Assembly: GCA_050177775.1 (NCBI GenBank)
Contig: JBFXGS010000001.1
Coordinates: forward strand, 1-56,335
Direction of reading: 5' to 3'
DNA from: Bacilli bacterium
Lineage (GTDB): Bacteria > Bacillota_I > Bacilli_A > ML615J-28 > CAG-698
DNA: 56,335 bases
The notes beneath the pieces are model-generated. The model was not told where the DNA came from and made no database searches. It saw nothing but the letters and a program-made list of their open reading frames with translations. Both the position numbers and the translations under genes were made by a program. Below, one piece after another: positions 1 through 9,195 of the stretch (positions are counted from its first letter, which is position 1; each line of letters opens with the position of its first letter).

Positions 1-213
1 TATCGAACCGCCCGGAGAATTGATATATAAGTAAATATCTTTTTCGGCATCTTCCGCCGCCAAAAACAACAATTGGGCAACAACGGAATTAGCCAAGTCA
101 TCATTTATTTCACCACTAAGCATAATAATGCGATCTTTTAAAAGACGGGAATAAATATCATAGGACCGTTCACCCAAAGATGTTCGTTCAATTACTATTG
201 GTGCGTAATACAT
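1..213 (-). CDS. clpP: ATP-dependent Clp protease proteolytic subunit, N-terminal 71 codons (gene continues past the window start)
   Basis: Reverse-complement translation from ATG (211-213) gives [71 protein letters not shown], a typical ClpP N-terminus. GGAG RBS upstream on the minus strand. Not in the ORF track because it is open-ended. Confidence 0.9.
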   Translation of the reverse strand, partial: MYYAPIVIERTSLGERSYDIYSRLLKDRIIMLSGEINDDLANSVVAQLLFLAAEDAEKDIYLYINSPGGSI

Positions 214-325
214 TTGTTTTCTCCTTTATTATTTATATTTTACCACTTATATATGAAATAAGTCAAACAAAACACGGTTCATGAATTTACCAAGAAGGAT
301 TTTGGTGTTTGATTAAGAAATTTAC

Positions 326-354
326 TTGCAAGATTAGGTTCTTAATGATATAAT
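326..354 (+). promoter_or_regulatory. Sigma-A type promoter of the pheST leader
   Basis: TTGCAA (326-331), 17-nt spacer, TATAAT (349-354), with an extended -10 TG at 346-347. Confidence 0.7.
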
Positions 355-360
355 TCAATA

Positions 361-578
361 AAGCGATAATCAAGAACCAGTAATTGGAAAAAAGCTGTGG
401 CAGGGAGTTAGGATCGTGACTGAGAGTCTTAACCAGATTTACCAATGAATTCATCTTGGGAGTGGTTCCAATCAAACCCGCAAACCAACTTGCGTTATCA
501 AAGAAAGAAGTGCAACAATTGTTGAACTAAGGTGGTACCACGGAAAACTTCGTCCTTAACTTGTTTAAGGATTTTTTT
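361..578 (+). promoter_or_regulatory. T-box riboswitch leader (Phe specifier) with intrinsic terminator
   Basis: Conserved T-box sequence GGTGGTACCACGG at 531-543. Terminator hairpin CCTTAA/TTAAGG at 554-570 followed by a T-run. Candidate specifier UUC at 450-452 followed by A. Lies directly upstream of pheS. Confidence 0.85.
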
Positions 579-595
579 GCTTTTTAGGAGGAAAT

Positions 596-1618
596 ATGGA
601 TAATCAATTAAAATTATTGCAAGAACAATTATTAAATGAACTTGCGAAAGTAAAGACAACCAATGGGTTGAATGAGACAAAAGCGCTCTACTTAGGAAAG
701 AAAAGTCCGATTCAAGACTTGTTTGCGAAAATGAAAGATTTGAGCATTGAAGAAAAGAAGACGCTTGGTCAAAGTGTTAACATGTTTAAGAATTTTGTTG
801 AAGAACAAATTTCTTTAAAAGCCGAACAACTTGAACAAAACAAAATAAAGGCTAAATTAGAAAGCGAAGCCATTGATGTAACTTTACCGGGAGCCACCTT
901 TAATGAAGGAAATAATCACCCTCTTACCAAAATGCAAGAAGAAATCGAAGACATTTTTGTGGGAATGGGTTATTCAATTGCCGAAGGACCGGAAGTTGAA
1001 CTTGATTTATACAATTTTGAAATGCTTAATTTACCCAAAGGGCATCCGGCTCGAGAAATGCAAGATTCATTCTATTTTGATGCCAATACCCTTCTTCGAA
1101 CGCATACTTCTCCGGTACAGGTCCGAACCCTATTAGCGGCCAATAAGCAACCGGTGAAAATTATTTGCCCGGGAAAAGTATATCGGCGCGATGATGATGA
1201 TGCGACACACTCCCATCAATTCATGCAAATTGAAGGATTGGTTGTCGATCGGCATATTACCATGGCGGACTTAAAAGGGACCCTTACTTTGCTGATGCAA
1301 AAAATGTTTAAAACTAATTTAGATATTAGGTTTAGACCTTCTTTTTTTCCTTTTACGGAACCAAGTGTGGAAGTTGATGTTACTTGTTTTAAGTGCCAAG
1401 GCAAGGGTTGTTTGCTATGTAAGAATGGTGGATGGATTGAGGTTTTAGGGGCTGGGATGGTTCATCCCGATGTTTTAAAAATGTCCGGATACGATCCTCA
1501 TGAATTTCAAGGATTTGCCTTTGGAATCGGTATTGAAAGAATTACCATGCTCCGCTATGGAATCGATGACATCAGGAATTTTTATACTGATGATTTACGA
1601 TTCCTTAAGCAGTTTTAG
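596..1618 (+). CDS. pheS: Phenylalanine--tRNA ligase alpha subunit
   Basis: 340 aa. Class II aaRS motifs ([24 protein letters not shown]). AGGAGG RBS. Confidence 0.97.
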   Translation: MDNQLKLLQEQLLNELAKVKTTNGLNETKALYLGKKSPIQDLFAKMKDLSIEEKKTLGQSVNMFKNFVEEQISLKAEQLEQNKIKAKLESEAIDVTLPGATFNEGNNHPLTKMQEEIEDIFVGMGYSIAEGPEVELDLYNFEMLNLPKGHPAREMQDSFYFDANTLLRTHTSPVQVRTLLAANKQPVKIICPGKVYRRDDDDATHSHQFMQIEGLVVDRHITMADLKGTLTLLMQKMFKTNLDIRFRPSFFPFTEPSVEVDVTCFKCQGKGCLLCKNGGWIEVLGAGMVHPDVLKMSGYDPHEFQGFAFGIGIERITMLRYGIDDIRNFYTDDLRFLKQF

Positions 1619-1627
1619 GAGGCTGTT

Positions 1628-4012
1628 ATGCGTGTAAAATTAGCTTGGTTAAATGAATTAGTTGACGTTTCAGATTTAAGTATTCAACAATTATCAAAAA
1701 TCATTTCACTTCATTCGACCGAAGTGGAAAGTATCGAAACAATGGCTCAAGGAACCGCTTTAGTAGTGGGGCATGTTTTAAAATGTGAACCCCATCCCGA
1801 TTCAAATCATTTACATGTTTGCTTAGTAGATGTCAAAGACGAACAATTGATTATTGTTTGTGGGGCACCCAATGTTGAAGCCGGCCAAAAAGTAGTGGTA
1901 GCCAAAACAGGTTGTGTTCTTCCCGGTGGTTTAACCATTAAAAAAGCGAAGATTCGCGGAATTGAATCTTCGGGCATGATTTGTTCACTTGCGGAAATAG
2001 GAATTGAAAATAAATATATTCCTGAAGAGTATCAAGCCGGAATCTTTTATTTTAAAAATGATGTGGAAATTGGCGGACCGGCTTTACAAGCTTTACACCT
2101 TGATGATGTTGTTTTTGATCTTTCAATTACCCCGAATCGCGGCGATTTAATGAGCATGCTAGGGGTGGCCATTGAAGTGGGAGCGGTGCTTAAGCGCCCC
2201 TTAAAACCGCTAGCTTACGAGTTAAAACATTACCAAAAATCATTTGATTTATCCGTTACTTTAGAATCAAAAGGTTGTGTCGGGTATTTTGCTCAGGCCT
2301 TTAAAAATGTGGAAATAAAACCTTCACCTTGGTGGTTAATTGCTCGTTTAATCGCTTTTGGAGTGCGACCGATAAATAATGTTGTGGACATTACCAATTA
2401 TATTTTGGCGCTTTTTGGCCAACCACTCCATGCTTTTGATTGTGAAAAATTAGGGAATAAAATCGTTGTTCGAGAAGCCTATCAGCAAGAACCGTTTGTT
2501 ACTTTAGACGGAATTAAAAGAGACTTAATTGCCAATGATTTAGTCATTACTAATGGTCAAACTCCGGTTGCTCTAGCTGGTGTAATGGGCGGAAAAAGCA
2601 CGGAAATTGATGACAAGACAACTTCTGTAGTTATTGAGGCGGCCGTCTTTGATCCCATGACAGTCCGAAAAACTTCTCAAAGATTAGGGTTAAGAAGTGA
2701 ATCTTCGGCTCGTTTTGAACGAGGTGTTGATATCAATCGAACCAAAGAAGCGCTTGCCTTTACTTCATACTTATTACAAACATTAGCCAATGCCCAACCA
2801 ATGAGCGATGTTGTGGAAGCGGGAATAACCAACATAAAAGACACAGCTATTGGTATTTCCGAACAAGATGTCTCTTCTTTATTGGGAATCAGTGTTTCTA
2901 AGAAAGATATGATCTCGATTTTTGAAAGTTTAAAATTTAAAGTTCAAGACGAAAAAGGTTTAAAAGTTTTTGTTCCAAATCGTCGAAGTGATCTTCGCAT
3001 AAAAAATGATTTAATTGAAGAAATCGGTCGTCTTTATGGGTATGAAAACTTGCCTAACACCCTTCCGTCATCATCAATTGCCGGCGCTTTAACATTAAAA
3101 CAAAGTAAACGTCGTTTAATTAGACACACTTTAGCGAATTTAGGGTTAAGTGAAGTTATAACCTATTCCCTTGTCAATGACCAATATAATGACACCTTTA
3201 CCATCAACCATTTGGAAAATTCTAAATCATTAACTTTAATAAACCCGCTTACCCAAGAACGAAGCATTTTAAGAAAAGGATTATTACAAGGCTTAATGGA
3301 GGTTGTCAAGTATAACTTCGCAAGAAAATGGAAAGATTTGGCTTTGTTTGAAATTGGGAAAGCATATAGCTTGCAAGAACAACCCCAAGAGGAAGAGATG
3401 CTTAGCTTGGCAATGGTCAATCATTATTATGGGAAGGCTTGGAAAGATTATTTAGAAGTAGATTTTTATGTAATAAAAGGGGTTCTTGAGGAGTTAGCCA
3501 AGCAATTGCGAATTTCTTTCACTTTCAAACCAATTAGTAATCCCGGTGTTGAGTTACATCCAAAGCGCAGTGCGGATGTTTTCCTTGATAATGAAAAGAT
3601 TGGATTCATTGGCAGCTTACATCCTCAATATGCGATTAAGTCCGGCCTTGATGAAGTCTATGTTTGCGAAATAAAACTTTCCAAAATATTGGAAAAAGAA
3701 AAGCAACTTAGCAAATATCAACCTTTAAGTAAATATCCGAACATGGAACGTGATCTTGCCATAGTTGTTTCTAAAGATATCTTATCGGAAGAAGTTGTAA
3801 ATGCGATTAAGAAAACGGATGAAAAATTAATTAGCGATGTTTTTGTTTTTGATGTTTACACGGGCGAGAATGTGGAAAAAGACCAAAAGTCACTGGCCAT
3901 CAGGATTGTTTTTACGGCCAACGAACCATTAAGTGATGAAATAATTTTACCAAAAATGAAACGAATTATGAAAGTTCTTGAAAGTAATTTTCATGCCAAA
4001 TTAAGAAGTTAA
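1628..4012 (+). CDS. pheT: Phenylalanine--tRNA ligase beta subunit
   Basis: 794 aa. N-terminal tRNA-binding domain, B3/4 and B5 regions, C-terminal FDX-ACB-like domain. Follows pheS. Confidence 0.97.
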   Translation: MRVKLAWLNELVDVSDLSIQQLSKIISLHSTEVESIETMAQGTALVVGHVLKCEPHPDSNHLHVCLVDVKDEQLIIVCGAPNVEAGQKVVVAKTGCVLPGGLTIKKAKIRGIESSGMICSLAEIGIENKYIPEEYQAGIFYFKNDVEIGGPALQALHLDDVVFDLSITPNRGDLMSMLGVAIEVGAVLKRPLKPLAYELKHYQKSFDLSVTLESKGCVGYFAQAFKNVEIKPSPWWLIARLIAFGVRPINNVVDITNYILALFGQPLHAFDCEKLGNKIVVREAYQQEPFVTLDGIKRDLIANDLVITNGQTPVALAGVMGGKSTEIDDKTTSVVIEAAVFDPMTVRKTSQRLGLRSESSARFERGVDINRTKEALAFTSYLLQTLANAQPMSDVVEAGITNIKDTAIGISEQDVSSLLGISVSKKDMISIFESLKFKVQDEKGLKVFVPNRRSDLRIKNDLIEEIGRLYGYENLPNTLPSSSIAGALTLKQSKRRLIRHTLANLGLSEVITYSLVNDQYNDTFTINHLENSKSLTLINPLTQERSILRKGLLQGLMEVVKYNFARKWKDLALFEIGKAYSLQEQPQEEEMLSLAMVNHYYGKAWKDYLEVDFYVIKGVLEELAKQLRISFTFKPISNPGVELHPKRSADVFLDNEKIGFIGSLHPQYAIKSGLDEVYVCEIKLSKILEKEKQLSKYQPLSKYPNMERDLAIVVSKDILSEEVVNAIKKTDEKLISDVFVFDVYTGENVEKDQKSLAIRIVFTANEPLSDEIILPKMKRIMKVLESNFHAKLRS

Positions 4013-4036
4013 AAAAGAGCGGGACCCGCTCTTTTA
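4012..4036. terminator. Bidirectional intrinsic terminator between convergent pheT and ispH
   Basis: AAAAAGAGCGGG-A-CCCGCTCTTTT hairpin flanked by an A-run and a T-run. Confidence 0.8.
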
Positions 4037-4942
4037 CTTTATGAAATCATCATCTTTTAATTTGGTTTGATACGTTGGCGTAGGATTTTTTAAGGCTTCG
4101 ATTATTTCTGCCACAATCGCATCGGGAGTCGATGCCCCGGCGGTAATTCCGATTCTTTCGAATTTTGTGAAATCATATTCGTTTAAATCATTAACATTTT
4201 CGAGGAAGAAAGTCGGAAGGTGGGCTTTTTTTTCGCTTACTTCTTTAAGTTTATTGGTGTTGTTACTACTTGGATCACCGACAACAAGCAACACATCAAT
4301 TTGATCACGGTATTCCATAATGGCTGTTTGTCTTGTTCGTGTGGCATTGCATACCTCTTCAACCAATTCAAGTTGAGGAAGCAGGGTTTTCATTTTTAAA
4401 TAAAGATGATAAGCATCTAAATAGGACATCGTCGTTTGCGTAGTTAAAACGGCTTTGGGATTTACAGTCCTGGGAATGGAATTTGGATCATCTTCATCGG
4501 TTATTAAAACGATTTTTGAAGATAATCCCAGGATGCCTTCGGTTTCCGGGTGATTCTTTACTCCATAAAAATAAACTTGATAATCGTCTTTTAATTTATT
4601 TAAGATTAATTGATGGGTTTTTTCAACATCACGGCAAGTGGCATCAACAATATGCAACCCTTTGTCTTGGGCATGTTTACGAAGTTCATCACTAACCCCA
4701 TGCGCGGTAAAGATAATTGTACCCGTTGTTGCTTGTTTCAACATTTCTGACCGCGAAGAGCCTTCTAAAACAATGACCCCTTTTTTTATAAAGGCATTGA
4801 CAATATTCTTATTATGGACAACGTTTCCCAGCATATAAATGGGGCGGGGAAGGTGGGGATTATTGATGGTTTTATTTATAATATTAATGGCTTTGGCGAC
4901 CCCTATGCATAAACCTTGAGGTCTAATTTTAATAATGTTCAT
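4034..4942 (-). CDS. ispH: 4-hydroxy-3-methylbut-2-enyl diphosphate reductase (MEP pathway)
   Basis: IspH/LytB-like sequence (MNIIKIRPQGLCIGV..., VHNKNIV, TAHGVS, ATCRDV). Start trimmed to the ATG at 4942, preceded by a GGTGAT RBS. The track ORF extends to 4990. Confidence 0.9.
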   Translation of the reverse strand: MNIIKIRPQGLCIGVAKAINIINKTINNPHLPRPIYMLGNVVHNKNIVNAFIKKGVIVLEGSSRSEMLKQATTGTIIFTAHGVSDELRKHAQDKGLHIVDATCRDVEKTHQLILNKLKDDYQVYFYGVKNHPETEGILGLSSKIVLITDEDDPNSIPRTVNPKAVLTTQTTMSYLDAYHLYLKMKTLLPQLELVEEVCNATRTRQTAIMEYRDQIDVLLVVGDPSSNNTNKLKEVSEKKAHLPTFFLENVNDLNEYDFTKFERIGITAGASTPDAIVAEIIEALKNPTPTYQTKLKDDDFIK

Positions 4943-5044
4943 ATCATCACCAAAGTTATTATAACACAACAAACGAAGTTTTCCCAACAAATAACTAATG
5001 AATTTATGAGTGAAATATGTTATAATAATTAAAACGGAGGGCTT

Positions 5045-5923
5045 ATGAACTATAGTTTACAAAATGAACACTTACAAATAACCGTGAGAAGTTATGGAGC
5101 TGAGCTTATTTCTTTAAAAAGCAAACAACAAACCGAGTTTATCTGGCAACGAAATCCGGAATTTTGGAATCGCTGCGCGCCGGTTTTATTCCCAGTCGTG
5201 GGACGGTTGTTAGATAAATATACAATGATTTATGGGAAAAAATATGAGATGGATATTCATGGTTTTTTAAAAGACCAAGAATTTTCGTTATTATCACAAA
5301 GTAAAAACCATTTATCTTTGGTCCATCGTTTTAATGAAGAAACGGTAAAAATGTATCCTTTTCACTATGAATTTGTTATTACTTATCGATTAAGGGAAAA
5401 ACAAGTACGAACCGAATACTTAATACGCAACTTAGGGAAAGACGATTTATTTTTTAATGTTGGAGGACACCCAGCCATTAATGTTCCGCTTTACCCAAAT
5501 GAATCCTTTTGTGACTACACCATTTCTTTTGAAAAAGAAGAAACGTTTGATGCCCCGACAATAGAGAAAAATGGGACGTTGAATTTTGATGTTCCAGCTA
5601 TTTCTTACTCTAAATTAAAACATTTACCACTTGATCGTTCTTTGTTTTTCTTAGACACCATTGTTATTCCGAAAGTGAAATCGAAGCAAGTAGAATTAAT
5701 GAACAAACAACATCAAGGGATAATCTTCCGTTTTGAAAACTTCAAAACATTGGCTATTTGGACAAGATATCATCAACAAGCCCCGTTTGTTTGTTTAGAA
5801 CCGTGGCTTGGTTATGGTGACCGTTATAATAGTGATCATGATTTTATGAAAAAAGATTATATGCAAAAACTGGCTTTTAACGAGCAATTTACCGCTTTTT
5901 ATGAAATTGAATTGATGGAATAA
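5045..5923 (+). CDS. Aldose 1-epimerase family protein (LacX/YphB-like)
   Basis: 292 aa, with the pattern FIWQRNPEFWNRCAPVLFPVVGRL and HGF typical of the small mutarotase-like family. GGAGGG RBS. Confidence 0.75.
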   Translation: MNYSLQNEHLQITVRSYGAELISLKSKQQTEFIWQRNPEFWNRCAPVLFPVVGRLLDKYTMIYGKKYEMDIHGFLKDQEFSLLSQSKNHLSLVHRFNEETVKMYPFHYEFVITYRLREKQVRTEYLIRNLGKDDLFFNVGGHPAINVPLYPNESFCDYTISFEKEETFDAPTIEKNGTLNFDVPAISYSKLKHLPLDRSLFFLDTIVIPKVKSKQVELMNKQHQGIIFRFENFKTLAIWTRYHQQAPFVCLEPWLGYGDRYNSDHDFMKKDYMQKLAFNEQFTAFYEIELME

Positions 5924-5980
5924 AACACTATACAAAAAGGAAATTTTGTAGTATAATAACATATATTATGAGGAGGATTT

Positions 5981-6538
5981 ATGATTACCACAAGTGATTT
6001 TAAAACAGGAATTACCATTGAATATGATGGAAATGTATATACCGTTATGGAGTTTCAACATGTGAAATCCGCAAACAGTATGGCATTTGTTCGCACAAAA
6101 CTTAAGAATATGCGAACAGGAGCAATTATCGAAATAGCGATTAACCCAAAAGACAAAATTAAAAAAGCCATGATTGAGAAGAAAAAGATGCAATATCTTT
6201 ATGACGGAGGGACATCCCTTGTCTTTATGGATATGGACACTTATGAGCAAATTGAGATTCCAAGTGACAATTTAACCTATGAAAAAAACTTCTTAGTTGA
6301 AGGCGCATCCGTCCTAGTTGTTGATTTCGAAGGTGAAATTCTTGGTGTTACTTTACCGGAAAAATTAGTATTAGAAGTTAAAGAATGTCCACCAGGAGTT
6401 AAAGGAAATACAGCGGCGAATGCTACCAAAGAAGCCGTTTTGGAAACCGGGTACCATCTTCAAGTCCCTTTATTCATTGACGCTGGTGAAAAAATTATTG
6501 TTAATACCGTTGAAGGGAAATACTATTCCCGAGCATAA
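5981..6538 (+). CDS. efp: Elongation factor P (non-canonical loop tip)
   Basis: 185 aa, colinear with bacterial EF-P over its full length. The beta3-beta4 loop reads HVKSANSMAFVR instead of HVKPGKGxAFVR. Confidence 0.95.
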   Translation: MITTSDFKTGITIEYDGNVYTVMEFQHVKSANSMAFVRTKLKNMRTGAIIEIAINPKDKIKKAMIEKKKMQYLYDGGTSLVFMDMDTYEQIEIPSDNLTYEKNFLVEGASVLVVDFEGEILGVTLPEKLVLEVKECPPGVKGNTAANATKEAVLETGYHLQVPLFIDAGEKIIVNTVEGKYYSRA

Positions 6539-6605
6539 AAAGAGGTTCCTTCTTTTTTTCTTGAAAACAGAAATTTTTAAGGTATCATATTAAAGAGGTG
6601 ATATA

Positions 6606-7373
6606 ATGTTACTTTGCGTTGATATTGGAAACACCAATATTGTATTAGGCGTTTTTCAAGATGAAAAACTATCGCATAGTTTCCGGATTCAATCGGATTT
6701 AATGCAAACAGCCGATGAATACGGAACCAAAATAATGAATATTTGCAGTTTTTATGAACTCGATTTTCATATGATTAACGGTGTCATCATTTCGAGTGTC
6801 GTCCCCGGGTTAGACAACACTTTTGAAAAAATGGTAGAAACCTATTTTAAAACCAAAGCCATGTTTGTTGGTCCTGGTACAAAAAGCGGAATCAAAATTA
6901 AAATTGATAATCCAAAGCAACTAGGTGCTGATATTTTGGTGGGAGCGGTGGCAACCTATCATAAATATGGTTCCCCGGCGATTATTGTGGACATGGGAAC
7001 GGCGATTACTTTCGCCTATTTAAATCAAGAAAAAGAACTATTAGGAGGAGTGATTGTTCCTGGGATAAAAACCGCCTTTAGTAGTTTAGTTTCGAAAACA
7101 TCAAAGCTGGAAGAAGTCAGAATGGATGCCCCTTTAAAAATCATTGGCAAGGATACGGTTTCTTCCATTCAAAGTGGCATGATTTATGGAACCTCTTCCA
7201 TGATAGATGGCATGATTAGAAAAATAAAAAAAGAAATGAACCTTGAAAAAGTAATTACGGTTTTAACAGGTGGTGAAGCGCGCTTAATAAAACCTTATTT
7301 AGAAGAAACGGTCATTTATGATGATAATTTATTATTGGATGGTTTAAAATTAATTTATCTGAAAAACCAATAA
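6606..7373 (+). CDS. coaX: Type III pantothenate kinase
   Basis: 255 aa. N-terminus LLCVDIGNTNIVLGVF and a later DMGTAITF, typical of CoaX. Confidence 0.92.
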   Translation: MLLCVDIGNTNIVLGVFQDEKLSHSFRIQSDLMQTADEYGTKIMNICSFYELDFHMINGVIISSVVPGLDNTFEKMVETYFKTKAMFVGPGTKSGIKIKIDNPKQLGADILVGAVATYHKYGSPAIIVDMGTAITFAYLNQEKELLGGVIVPGIKTAFSSLVSKTSKLEEVRMDAPLKIIGKDTVSSIQSGMIYGTSSMIDGMIRKIKKEMNLEKVITVLTGGEARLIKPYLEETVIYDDNLLLDGLKLIYLKNQ

Positions 7374-7378
7374 AAAAA

Positions 7379-7405
7379 CCCTAGATTTTTATCTAGGGTC
7401 GTTTT
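7379..7405. terminator. Bidirectional intrinsic terminator (coaX / GNAT convergent pair)
   Basis: CCCTAGAT-TTTT-ATCTAGGG 8-bp stem, with an A-run before and a T-run after. Confidence 0.8.
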
Positions 7406-7824
7406 ATTCTTCGCATACGATAATGGGGAATTCGAGCATCATAGAACAAATCCCCAAAAGCAGTATATCCACATTTTTCATAAAATGGTAGGGCATGTGT
7501 TTGTGCGTCAAGGATGATTTCTAAAACCCCGTGTTCATCGCAATATCGATGTAATTCCATCATTAAAGCATATCCGTAGCCTAACGAACGATATTCTTTT
7601 AAGATGCAAACACGTTGAATTTTGGCCGTTTTATCTTTTATTTTGATTCTTGCGGCCCCGATTGGTTTCTTCTCATCGTATACGACAAACATGATGCGAT
7701 CTTTTTCTTCAAGGTCGAATTCTTCTTCCATGGTTACTTTTTGCTCTTCAACAAAAACAATTTTACGGATGATAAAATGATCGATTATTTGGTCTTTAGT
7801 TGTACAAATTTCATATCTTACCAT
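7393..7824 (-). CDS. GNAT family N-acetyltransferase
   Basis: About 143 aa from MVRYEICTT. Acetyl-CoA motif region RSLGYGYALMMEL. Start set at the ATG with an AGGAG RBS, overlapping the uppP stop. Confidence 0.8.
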   Translation of the reverse strand: MVRYEICTTKDQIIDHFIIRKIVFVEEQKVTMEEEFDLEEKDRIMFVVYDEKKPIGAARIKIKDKTAKIQRVCILKEYRSLGYGYALMMELHRYCDEHGVLEIILDAQTHALPFYEKCGYTAFGDLFYDARIPHYRMRRIKRP

Positions 7825-8672
7825 GTAAATACTCCTAAAGCAATTAAGCTTAAAACGACTAAAGCTAGACCTAAACAATAGAATCCAAAATATTTGATGT
7901 TCTTATGTTTTACTATTTTAAAGAATAATGAAATTGACAGATATGTTCCTATCAGACTGGCGATGAAACCACCAAGATACCCTCCCCAAAAAACAGGTTC
8001 GGTTGAGGCACTTTCGGGGTTGATTAAATCATAAAGCCCTAACAAAGCTGCCGCAATACTAGCGGGGATATACATCATAAACGAAAATCTGAGGGCTTTA
8101 TCTAGTTTTAAATGATTAGCAACGCCGAAGGAAGAAGTAACACCAGAACGACTAATTCCCGGAAGCAGGCCGATGACTTGGGCTCCACCCATTAATAAAG
8201 CATCCTTCCAAGTAATATCTTCTCTTAAAGCTTGATTTTGTTTTTTTGAGATAAATAAAAGTAACAACCCGGTTATCATTAAGGAGAAGCCAACAACTAA
8301 AATGTTGGTGTAGTACTGATCCCAATCGTTTAGTTTGATAACTAATCCGATGATTCCGGCCGGAATAGTGGCTAAGATAATATAGATTACATAAAGAAAA
8401 GATGGTTTCTCATTTTCATTCTTTCTAACTAAATATTGCCAACAGCCAATAATCAATTGTTTAATTAATTGTCGATAATAGATGATAATGGCGATTAGTG
8501 AGGCAAAATTGACGGCAATTTGAAAATTGTTCATAGATTCTTGAGTAATTACTTTACCAAAAATTTGATCAAAAATGACCATGTGTCCACTTGAGGAAAC
8601 AGGAAGCGGTTCCGTTACTCCTTGAACCAAACCAAGTAATATATATTTAATGAATTCGACTAATTTTTCCAT
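7818..8672 (-). CDS. uppP: Undecaprenyl-diphosphate phosphatase
   Basis: 284 aa polytopic membrane protein with BacA/UppP motifs (GLVQGVTEPLPVSSSGH, PGISRSGVT). Confidence 0.93.
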   Translation of the reverse strand: MEKLVEFIKYILLGLVQGVTEPLPVSSSGHMVIFDQIFGKVITQESMNNFQIAVNFASLIAIIIYYRQLIKQLIIGCWQYLVRKNENEKPSFLYVIYIILATIPAGIIGLVIKLNDWDQYYTNILVVGFSLMITGLLLLFISKKQNQALREDITWKDALLMGGAQVIGLLPGISRSGVTSSFGVANHLKLDKALRFSFMMYIPASIAAALLGLYDLINPESASTEPVFWGGYLGGFIASLIGTYLSISLFFKIVKHKNIKYFGFYCLGLALVVLSLIALGVFTW

Positions 8673-8793
8673 AACATCACCTTAACATTAAATAATATTA
8701 TACCAAAAAAAACTTAAGATGAAAACCGTTTCCGAAATATTTATTAACAAAGACGGAAAAAAATGTTATAATTAACAAAAAAGGAGATTTAAA

Positions 8794-9195
8794 ATGTTTT
8801 TAGAAATTGATACACAATCTTTAGTTCTCATCCTTTTAGCAATTTGCTTAGTACCGATTATTGGTTTGATGGTATATGCCATAATTGTGGCTTTAAAACA
8901 TCGCAATAAATTATCGCAAAGCCAAAAGGCGGAGATTGAGAAAGAAACAGATACAACCCAAAGCGAATTGTTTTTTGGTTTATTTGGGGGGAAAAACAAT
9001 ATTACGGGCGTTTCTTCGGAAATGAGTCGTGTGAGTGTTCAAGTCAAAGATGTAAATACCGTTTTGTTAGAAGATTTAAAAGCCCAAGGGGCAACAGGAA
9101 TTTTAGTAGTTGGCAACACCATTAAATGTGCTTTCGGTGATCGAGCCACTTATATTTATAATTTATTAGAGGAATATGCAAACCAAAATGAATAA
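8794..9195 (+). CDS. Membrane-anchored PTS EIIB(Glc)-like domain protein lacking the phospho-Cys
   Basis: 133 aa. N-terminal TM helix, then FGGKNNITGVSSEMSRVSVQVKD...GATGILVVGNTIKCAFG, colinear with the EIIB motif LGGKENI..CATRLR..KD...G..GV. The CATRLR Cys position reads E-M-S-R-V-S. Confidence 0.6.
   Translation: MFLEIDTQSLVLILLAICLVPIIGLMVYAIIVALKHRNKLSQSQKAEIEKETDTTQSELFFGLFGGKNNITGVSSEMSRVSVQVKDVNTVLLEDLKAQGATGILVVGNTIKCAFGDRATYIYNLLEEYANQNE

Noticed and set aside
287-680. Minus-strand ORFs 287-475 and 498-680 from the track
   Set aside because: They lie antisense to the pheS promoter, T-box leader and pheS start. They have no RBS and low-complexity products. The region is explained by the T-box riboswitch.
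8772-8999. Minus-strand 75-aa ORF overlapping the EIIB-like gene start
   Set aside because: It is antisense to a gene with an RBS and a recognisable domain. It has no RBS of its own and a hydrophobic, low-information product.
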